DNA of 64,000 bases from an uncultured Pasteurellaceae bacterium (GTDB lineage Bacteria > Pseudomonadota > Gammaproteobacteria > Enterobacterales > Pasteurellaceae): NCBI GenBank assembly GCA_963525745.1, contig CAURMH010000001.1, positions 3,793-67,792 of the forward strand, written 5' to 3'. Positions within the stretch are counted from its first letter, which is position 1. Each line of letters opens with the position of its first letter. The translations under genes and the position numbers were made by a program. The notes beneath the pieces were generated by a model. The model saw only the letters and a list, made by a program, of their open reading frames with translations, did not search any database and had not been told where the DNA came from. Below are positions 55,088 to 64,000 of the stretch, in pieces.

Positions 55088-55215
55088 AATTTTCTCTGCG
55101 TTGATTAAATCATAATTCGTCGCTATTTTAACCTAGATTTATCCGACAAACAAAAAGGAAAATAGGCGATAAATCAGGTAAAATAGTCACAACAATGGTT
55201 TAATGATGGGGAATA

Positions 55216-57254
<2,039 letters not shown>

Positions 57255-57303
57255 TTTTCCCTCCATGCCGCCTCAAATTCCGTGTAGGGGAAACAAGCCG
57301 CCG

Positions 57304-58152
57304 CTATAAAACATAAGGCAGCGGCTGAATTGTCAGTGCCGCGCCGTTTTGCGGTAATCGTAGCGGCATATCGAGTTGAATATCGTTATTCATCACGACC
57401 TGTAACCATAAAACATGGTCAATATTGACCGCACTGATGATCGTGCCGGTTTTTCGCCACTGGCTTTCTAATTGCATTTCAATTCCCGTCCCTAATTCGG
57501 GGCAATATTCGCGGCCATCGGCCGAATCACTTTTTAGGTTAAACAAAGCGCGTTTATTCGCCCCGCGATATTTTGCTCGCGCAACGGTTTCCTGCCCGAT
57601 GTAACAGCCTTTGGAAAACGAAATCGCCTGCTCGATCACTTGTAAATTCAGCGCTTGAGGAATAAACAGATTTTGCGTTTGCGGGCTTAAATTCGGTAAG
57701 CCGGCTTGAATATCCAAATATTCCCATTGTGCAACGCTTCCATTAAATACCACCGGCAACGGCGTAGGATGGAGCAAAATCGCCCGTTCATCAGGCAGTT
57801 CGATAGAAAATTCCGCTTGAATCTGACCGCACTTTTTGCCGACAAGACCGATAAGTTGCCAATCTAACGGCTGAAAAACAATCTTTGAAAAGACGGCGTA
57901 TTTTTTTAATGCCGCCAATGCACTTGGCAACAGCGCCCGCTTAATCAGCAAAAAAAAGCGATGTCGATTTAAGCGAATCAAACGAAAAATGGAAGTGACT
58001 TTGCCTTGCGGATCGCAATGGGCGGTTAATGTGGACTGACCGTCGCGCAACTGACAAACATCGGTCGTTAATTGCCCCTGTAAATATTTTTCCGCCTCGT
58101 CGCCCGTCGCTTCAATAAGGCAATATTGTTCAAGTCGAATAAATGTCGTCAT
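57304..58152 (-). CDS. ygfZ: Folate-binding tRNA-modification / Fe-S repair protein YgfZ
   Basis: KGCYIGQE signature; 282 aa. Confidence 0.85.
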   Translation of the reverse strand: MTTFIRLEQYCLIEATGDEAEKYLQGQLTTDVCQLRDGQSTLTAHCDPQGKVTSIFRLIRLNRHRFFLLIKRALLPSALAALKKYAVFSKIVFQPLDWQLIGLVGKKCGQIQAEFSIELPDERAILLHPTPLPVVFNGSVAQWEYLDIQAGLPNLSPQTQNLFIPQALNLQVIEQAISFSKGCYIGQETVARAKYRGANKRALFNLKSDSADGREYCPELGTGIEMQLESQWRKTGTIISAVNIDHVLWLQVVMNNDIQLDMPLRLPQNGAALTIQPLPYVL

Positions 58153-58160
58153 CGGCTTTC

Positions 58161-59024
58161 CTATTCAAGATTTTGAATCTGTTCGCGCATTTGCTCAATT
58201 AACACTTTCAACTCCACGCCGGAAGCCGTAATTTCCGCATTAATCGATTTGGAGCTTAACGTATTAGATTCACGATTGAGTTCCTGCATCATAAAATCGA
58301 GCTTACGCCCCACAGCGCCGCCCTTTTGCAAAATATTTGTTGTTTCTTTGACATGCATTTGCAGCCGATCCAATTCTTCCTCAACGTCAATACGTTGCGC
58401 CAATAAGACCATTTCCTGTTCGAGGCGCTGCGGCTCTAGTTGCAATTGCGCCTCCTGAAAACGCTGTAATAACCGGTCGCGCTGCCATTGTAAAACCGAC
58501 GGCATTTGTGACCGCACTTTCTCGACTTCTAGGTTGATCGCCTCCAAGCGCTGTTGAATAATCGCCTGTAATTTAGCGCCTTCGCGACCGCGCATCGCGA
58601 TAAAGTCACTCAATAATTCGTCAAAGGCCGATAGCAAATCTAAACTCATGGTGTCTAAATCCTGCTCCGGCACTTCTACCACGCCGGGATAGCGTAAAAT
58701 ATCCGTTAAGTTGATTTCTCCTTCACCCGCCTCGTTTTTTATCCATTGTAGCGACTGAATAACCTGTTTCGTCCAGTCGCGATTTAAATGTAACGCCGAG
58801 GCCGTTTGATTGTTATGTTCAATGCGGAGCGTGCATTCGATTTTTCCGCGCGTTAAACGCTGGCGCAACTTGTCACGCAACGAATTTTCCAAACCACGGA
58901 ACGCTTCCGGCAGACGAAAAAAAGGCTCCAAATAACGTTGATTTACCGAGCGAATTTCCCATACGGCCTCGCCCCAGCTTTTCTTTATTTCAAGGCGCGC
59001 AAAGCCTGTCATACTATAAATCAT
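58161..59024 (-). CDS. yicC: YicC-family stress-induced protein (endoribonuclease family)
   Basis: MIYSMTGFA N-terminus and a C-terminal EIEKLREQIQNLE-like motif (LIEQMREQIQNLE); 287 aa. Confidence 0.88.
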   Translation of the reverse strand: MIYSMTGFARLEIKKSWGEAVWEIRSVNQRYLEPFFRLPEAFRGLENSLRDKLRQRLTRGKIECTLRIEHNNQTASALHLNRDWTKQVIQSLQWIKNEAGEGEINLTDILRYPGVVEVPEQDLDTMSLDLLSAFDELLSDFIAMRGREGAKLQAIIQQRLEAINLEVEKVRSQMPSVLQWQRDRLLQRFQEAQLQLEPQRLEQEMVLLAQRIDVEEELDRLQMHVKETTNILQKGGAVGRKLDFMMQELNRESNTLSSKSINAEITASGVELKVLIEQMREQIQNLE

Positions 59025-59110
59025 AAATCCTCATTAAATTAAATCGTCATTTATCGACGCTATTGTAATAACAAACCGCCCAAATTGCGACCTTATCCCG
59101 AAAATAACGC

Positions 59111-59587
59111 TCAGACTTCATACCAAATTCGATTAATATAAAAATTCACTCTCCCTGCCGGTGTTTCGACCCAAATGTCGTCATCAATCTGTTTGCCGAT
59201 GAGCGCTCTGGCCACCGGCGAATCAATGGAAATCCAATGTTTGGCAGGATCAAATTCGTCGCAACCGACCAAACGATATTGTTTAATTTCGCCCTGTTCA
59301 TTTTCCAGTTCCACCCAAGCGCCGAAAAAAACCTTTCCCTCCTGCCGTGGCGAATAATCGACGATTTGTAGCACTTCCAGGCGTTTTGTTAAAAACCGTA
59401 CGCGTCGATCGATTTCTCTTAAACGCCGTTTACCGTAAATATATTCGGCATTTTCGCTACGATCACCCAATGCAGCGGCGTCGGACACGGCTTGGGTCAC
59501 TTTCGGACGCTCTTCTTTCCATAAAAATTTCAGTTCTTGATCCAGTCGATTCCAACCTTGGCGCGTAATGTAGTTTGATTTTGCCAT
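59111..59587 (-). CDS. greB: Transcription elongation factor GreB
   Basis: MAKSNYITRQGW..GDRSENAEY coiled-coil tip. The ATG at 59587 is preceded by GAGGA. Confidence 0.9.
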   Translation of the reverse strand: MAKSNYITRQGWNRLDQELKFLWKEERPKVTQAVSDAAALGDRSENAEYIYGKRRLREIDRRVRFLTKRLEVLQIVDYSPRQEGKVFFGAWVELENEQGEIKQYRLVGCDEFDPAKHWISIDSPVARALIGKQIDDDIWVETPAGRVNFYINRIWYEV

Positions 59588-59697
59588 AATAAAATTCCTC
59601 ACAAGAGGTGAAATTATACTGAAAAAGCAACAAATATTTGAGCCGTTTGCCCAAACACAGTATGCTATGCCGGTTTTTTGATAAAAAGAAGTCTTAT

Positions 59698-62007
59698 ATG
59701 TTAAATCAACAAATTAGCCAAATTATTGCAACGGAATTGACCGTTCGACCACAACAAATTCTTGCTGCCATTGAATTATTGGACGATGGTAACACGATTC
59801 CTTTTATCGCCCGTTATCGAAAAGAAGCGACCGGCGGACTAGACGATACGCAATTACGTCATTTTGAAACCCGTTTGATTTATTTGCGCGAGCTGGAAGA
59901 ACGCCGTCAAACCATCTTAAAATCCATTGAAGAGCAAGGAAAATTAACGGAATCGCTGCGTGATAAAATTGACGCGACGCAAAGCAAAACGGAATTGGAA
60001 GATTTATATCTGCCTTATAAACCTAAACGTCGCACTAAAGGGCAAATTGCCATTGAGGCGGGTCTTGCGCCTTTGGCCGATTTATTATGGAATGCGCCTG
60101 AAAATGATCCGGAATCGACCGCACTTTCGTTTGTCAATCAAGAAAAGGGCGTACCCGATGCTAAATCCGCACTGGACGGCGCACGTTATATTTTGATGGA
60201 GCGTTTTGCCGAAGAGGCCGGTTTATTGGCTAATGTGCGGGATTATTTAGCCAAAAATGCCGTTATCGTCTCAACCGTGCTTGAAGGAAAAGAAACCGAA
60301 GGCGCAAAATTTCAGGATTATTTCGATTATCGCGAACCGTTGAAAAACGTGCCGTCCCACCGTGCATTGGCGATGTTTCGAGGCCGTAACGAAGGTTTCC
60401 TACAATTAAGTTTAAATGCCGATCCTGACGCGGAGGAAGGGACACGACACAGTTATTGCGAAGACATCATCCGTGATTACCTAAATGTTCACTTCAGCGG
60501 CCAAGCGGCAGATAAATGGCGGGAACAAGTGATTGCCTGGACGTGGAAAATTAAAGTATCGCTACATTTGGAAACGGAATTGATGGCAAGTTTACGGGAA
60601 AAAGCGGAAGAAGAAGCCATTGATGTTTTCGCCCGAAATTTGACCGCACTTTTGATGGCCGCGCCGGCCGGTGCGAAAAATACCATGGGGCTGGATCCGG
60701 GCTTGCGAACGGGAGTAAAAGTCGCCGTTGTGGATAATACCGGCAAATTATTGGAAACCGCGACAATTTATCCCCATACCGGACGTGAAAATGAAGCGCA
60801 AATCGCCCTTTTGGGACTCATTCGCAAACATCATGTCGAATTAATCGCCATCGGTAACGGTACGGCATCCCGCGAAACTGAACGATTTGCCAAAAACGTG
60901 ATTAAAGAAATCAAAGAAAATAAACCACAAACCGTGGTCGTCAGCGAGGCGGGGGCTTCCGTTTATTCCGCTTCGGAATTCGCAGCAAATGAATTTCCTG
61001 ATTTGGATGTATCTCTGCGCGGGGCGGTTTCGATTGCCCGCCGTTTGCAGGATCCTCTGGCGGAATTGGTAAAAATTGAGCCGAAAGCTATTGGGGTCGG
61101 GCAATATCAGCATGATGTGAATCAAAGCCAATTGGCTCGTAAACTGGATGCCGTAGTAGAAGATTGTGTGAATGCCGTCGGGGTGGATTTAAACACGGCG
61201 TCTGCGCCATTACTTGCGCGTGTTGCCGGAATGACCAAAGTACTTGCTCAAAATATCGTCAGTTATCGTGATGAACACGGCCGGTTTGAAAGTCGGACCG
61301 AACTGAAAAACGTACCGCGTTTGGGGCCGAAAGCGTTTGAACAATGCGCCGGTTTTATGCGGATTGCGAAGGGAAAAAATCCGCTGGATGCCTCAGGCGT
61401 CCATCCGGAAGCCTATCCGGTGGTAGAAAAAATTCTACAAGCGACGGCTCAATCCATTCAGACGTTGATGGGGAATGCCGGATTGGTTCGTCAATTGGAT
61501 GCAAAACAATTTATTGACGCTCAATTCGGCTTGCCGACCGTGCAGGATATTTTCAAAGAATTGGAAAAACCGGGACGGGATCCACGCGGCGAGTTTAAAA
61601 CGGCCGCCTTTGCGGAAGGTATCGAAACAATCACCGATTTAAAAGCGGGGATGATTTTGGAAGGCACGGTAACGAATGTGACAAATTTCGGCGCTTTTGT
61701 CGATATTGGCGTTCACCAAGACGGACTTGTTCATATTTCTTCCCTGAGCGATAAATTTGTCGAAGATCCTCACCAAATCATCAAAACCGGCGATATTGTT
61801 AAAGTGAAGGTGCTTGAAGTTGATGTCGCACGCAAACGTATTGCGTTGACGATGCGCTTGGAGGAAAGTGCGGTTAAAAACGAAGGAAAATCCGACCGCA
61901 CTTTAAATGCCCCGCGAGGAAATTTAGCACGCCGAGAACCTTATCCGCAAAGCAATAGCGCGATGGGGAACGCCCTTGCTAATGCGTTGAAGAATCGGAA
62001 AAAATAA
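59698..62007 (+). CDS. tex: Tex/YhgF transcription accessory protein (YqgF, HhH and S1 domains)
   Basis: [15 protein letters not shown]-terminal motif and a C-terminal S1 domain [34 protein letters not shown] at 59698. Confidence 0.93.
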   Translation: MLNQQISQIIATELTVRPQQILAAIELLDDGNTIPFIARYRKEATGGLDDTQLRHFETRLIYLRELEERRQTILKSIEEQGKLTESLRDKIDATQSKTELEDLYLPYKPKRRTKGQIAIEAGLAPLADLLWNAPENDPESTALSFVNQEKGVPDAKSALDGARYILMERFAEEAGLLANVRDYLAKNAVIVSTVLEGKETEGAKFQDYFDYREPLKNVPSHRALAMFRGRNEGFLQLSLNADPDAEEGTRHSYCEDIIRDYLNVHFSGQAADKWREQVIAWTWKIKVSLHLETELMASLREKAEEEAIDVFARNLTALLMAAPAGAKNTMGLDPGLRTGVKVAVVDNTGKLLETATIYPHTGRENEAQIALLGLIRKHHVELIAIGNGTASRETERFAKNVIKEIKENKPQTVVVSEAGASVYSASEFAANEFPDLDVSLRGAVSIARRLQDPLAELVKIEPKAIGVGQYQHDVNQSQLARKLDAVVEDCVNAVGVDLNTASAPLLARVAGMTKVLAQNIVSYRDEHGRFESRTELKNVPRLGPKAFEQCAGFMRIAKGKNPLDASGVHPEAYPVVEKILQATAQSIQTLMGNAGLVRQLDAKQFIDAQFGLPTVQDIFKELEKPGRDPRGEFKTAAFAEGIETITDLKAGMILEGTVTNVTNFGAFVDIGVHQDGLVHISSLSDKFVEDPHQIIKTGDIVKVKVLEVDVARKRIALTMRLEESAVKNEGKSDRTLNAPRGNLARREPYPQSNSAMGNALANALKNRKK

Positions 62008-62039
62008 CCAACGTTTTTATTGCATTATATAAAGCGGCC

Positions 62040-62068
62040 GTTGTTGTTAATAATTAATGAACAACAAC
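62040..62068. terminator. Hairpin between convergent tex and the lipoprotein gene
   Basis: GTTGTTGTT-aataattaatg-AACAACAAC. A T-run (tttgtttttt) starts 7 nt downstream on the plus strand. Confidence 0.45.
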
Positions 62069-62086
62069 AGTAGCTTTGTTTTTTGC

Positions 62087-62989
62087 TTATTCGGAGAAAA
62101 AATAAGCGTTTTGCGTTTTAAATTCAGATTTAAGTAACGTCTTCACATCAGACCAGCGCAACATAATATCCGGCGTCCCTTCTGCAAAGGAGGCGATTTC
62201 GTAAGGCTGATATACAAAATGGATGCCGTCATAATCAAAATAAATATTTGTCGTGACAGGGAGCGGATCCTGTTGTGCAGTTAAGGCGTCGGAGGCATTC
62301 GAGTGATAAGATTCGGCAATTAATTCGCCCAATTTTGGCTGATTTTCTTTATCAAATAAATCGTCTAAAGTGATAATTTTTTGCGCGGTTAAATCAACGG
62401 GAAAATAATCAATGTTATACATGCCGTGGGCGCCACCGCTATAGCCGTAGCGATACGCCGAGAAAACGGCAAACTTACCATACTGAAAGCGGAAATTGAG
62501 GTGGAAAATCTCTTCCGTACCAATCACCGGCTCCGCCTTCATTTCAGCCGATTTATCCTTATAAATTTGTTGATATTTTTGTTTCAACTCGTCCCGTGTC
62601 ATTGCTTTCGAGGCAATTTTAAATCCATTTTCGTCATTATCCGAGCCGGCTATAGTAAATAATAAGCGATTAAGCCAGTCAATGTTGGTGTTAACTGTTG
62701 AAAATTCAATATGCAATTCCCCGGATTCCAGCTCAAGGTCATTTTTAGGGTAAATCACCTTTTCTTTTTGATTAAAAACCCTATCGGGCTCGACGAGAAC
62801 GGCGGGAATAATCTGTTTGTTTTTTTCATCGGCTAAGGCTAAGTCTGTCTTCAATTGCGCCGTTTCCGAACGCAATTGAGCGATCATTTGCTCTTTTTGA
62901 GCAAGTTGTTCCGCTGTCTTTTTATCGTCACAACCAGTAATAAACATCATTAAAACTAATGTTGCTACAAATGTTTTTTTCACAATCAA
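62087..62989 (-). CDS. Lipoprotein, DUF3298/RsiV-like C-terminal domain
   Basis: Lipobox FITGC after a signal peptide, a coiled-coil-like linker, and a YGYSGGAHGMY motif as in DUF3298-family proteins. It starts 5 nt after the selB stop. Confidence 0.7.
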   Translation of the reverse strand: MIVKKTFVATLVLMMFITGCDDKKTAEQLAQKEQMIAQLRSETAQLKTDLALADEKNKQIIPAVLVEPDRVFNQKEKVIYPKNDLELESGELHIEFSTVNTNIDWLNRLLFTIAGSDNDENGFKIASKAMTRDELKQKYQQIYKDKSAEMKAEPVIGTEEIFHLNFRFQYGKFAVFSAYRYGYSGGAHGMYNIDYFPVDLTAQKIITLDDLFDKENQPKLGELIAESYHSNASDALTAQQDPLPVTTNIYFDYDGIHFVYQPYEIASFAEGTPDIMLRWSDVKTLLKSEFKTQNAYFFSE

Positions 62990-62994
62990 TCTCC

Positions 62995-64000
62995 TTATAA
63001 ACTAAATGTGTCTTTATCACGTAAAAAATGGGCGTCGCCTTTACGCCGCAAAAAACCGCTACGATCAAAAAATTCAATTAATTGCACGGTGAGTTTACGC
63101 CCGAAGCCTAACATATCGCGGATTTCATTAACCGAAACTTTGCCGCTCCGCTCCGCCCGCTCTCCGATTAGACGAGCATAAGTGTAAATTTGTTCCGTCA
63201 GAAAAAAGCGATCTTTAACAATAGGGGTTAGATAACCCAATTTGCCGGCTTTATACATGAAATTACGCATATCACGTTCATCCCATTTTAGTAAATTCGC
63301 CACATCCCGCACCCAAAGCGCCTGTCCGTTTGCTTGTTCAAACTGATTGAGAACGTTTTGCCACAATATTTGTTCTTCTGTGGAAAACTGAATTTTATGT
63401 TCCGGCAAATGAAACCATCCGCGTGTTTGCTGAATCTCGCCGCGAGCCAACAATTCGTCCATAAAGTGATAGATTAAATTTTCCGGCTGATTTAATGCGA
63501 CGATACGATAAAGTCGCGCTTTAGAAACGCCGATTTGGTCGTCATGCTGCTTATGATAAAGGGAAAGTGCGGTCAATATTTGATGAGATTTTTCGCGTTG
63601 ATAATCCGGGTGAAAACACCATTGCTGATAACGAATATTGCCCGATTGAAGCAACATTTGCGTCAATTGCGCTTCGGTTAACTGCGCAATCCACATTAAC
63701 CGCTCAATGGATTCGGCGCCCTGCTGTAAATATAGATTAATACGCTCCGCGGTCGTTTGCGCATGTTGCAAATGGGTCAGAAAGGCTAAACGCGCATCGG
63801 TTCGTTTATAACGATTAGGCGAATCAATTTCCAATACCGTCGCGCCACCGATCAAAATTTTTGCATCCCCCGAACGTAAAATAAGCCGATCGGCATAGGT
63901 TAAAAACAATGGCTCGGCGAGAACTAATTCCGCAGTAACCGGTTGATTCCGAATCGCCGAATTTTCTGTCAATAAAGTCAGTCTTCCCGTCGTACGACTT
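62995..64000 (-). CDS. selB: Selenocysteine-specific elongation factor SelB, C-terminal half; the 5' part runs off the window
   Basis: The frame stays open to base 64000, so the track's TTG start at 63972 is internal. Winged-helix region matches E. coli SelB: GWFHLPEHK..EEQ, WVRDVA, IVKDRFF, GFGRKLTVQLIEFFDRSGFLRRKGDAHFLRD. Confidence 0.9.
   Translation of the reverse strand, partial: SRTTGRLTLLTENSAIRNQPVTAELVLAEPLFLTYADRLILRSGDAKILIGGATVLEIDSPNRYKRTDARLAFLTHLQHAQTTAERINLYLQQGAESIERLMWIAQLTEAQLTQMLLQSGNIRYQQWCFHPDYQREKSHQILTALSLYHKQHDDQIGVSKARLYRIVALNQPENLIYHFMDELLARGEIQQTRGWFHLPEHKIQFSTEEQILWQNVLNQFEQANGQALWVRDVANLLKWDERDMRNFMYKAGKLGYLTPIVKDRFFLTEQIYTYARLIGERAERSGKVSVNEIRDMLGFGRKLTVQLIEFFDRSGFLRRKGDAHFLRDKDTFSL

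Noticed and set aside
59694-59706. dif-like word TTATATGTTAAAT.
   Set aside because: It matches only the right half of the 28-bp XerCD dif consensus. The left arm is absent, and the word overlaps the tex start codon.

Overview
By-eye analysis only; no database searches were run. This 64-kb window looks like core chromosome of a Pasteurellaceae bacterium (Haemophilus/Pasteurella/Mannheimia-like). The main evidence is roughly 55-60 hand-counted copies of the Hin-type DNA uptake signal sequence AAGTGCGGT/ACCGCACTT, about one per kb. Many of these sit as inverted pairs that form intergenic hairpins. I can support about 62 protein-coding genes, and almost all are housekeeping. They include: fabH-plsX-rpmF-yceD; purA; lipA-lipB-ybeD-dacA-rlpA-rodA-mrdA-rlmH-rsfS; fabD-fabG; menB; a glycine-riboswitch-controlled Na+/alanine-glycine symporter; grcA; ung; pssA; yfiF; yfiC; srmB; acpP; menC-aroQ-accB-accC-yhdT-panF-prmA-dusB-fis; yggL-trmB; priA; ftsN; rluA-rapA; pnuC; metJ; cueR with copZ-copA; rplA-rplK-nusG-secE-clpX-clpP-tig; ygaU; glmU; anmK-murQ; ygfZ; yicC; greB; tex; a DUF3298-like lipoprotein; and the 3' half of selB. 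I found no rRNA, tRNA, CRISPR array, IS element, integrase, phage gene or recognisable defence or toxin-antitoxin module, and I did not find a convincing new multi-gene system. There are two best leads. (1) A low-GC islet (25.6-27.0 kb) carries a stand-alone AT3-family membrane O-acyltransferase with an in-frame AAACAAC x5 heptanucleotide repeat, a candidate phase-variation switch. (2) The canonical fab cluster and the menB-menC pair are split in a way that two adjacent inversions flanking fabD-fabG would exactly explain. Smaller observations are a tandem glycine riboswitch, a MerR-type 19-bp-spacer promoter, unusual USS-variant palindromes, and long-stem, large-loop hairpins of unknown function.
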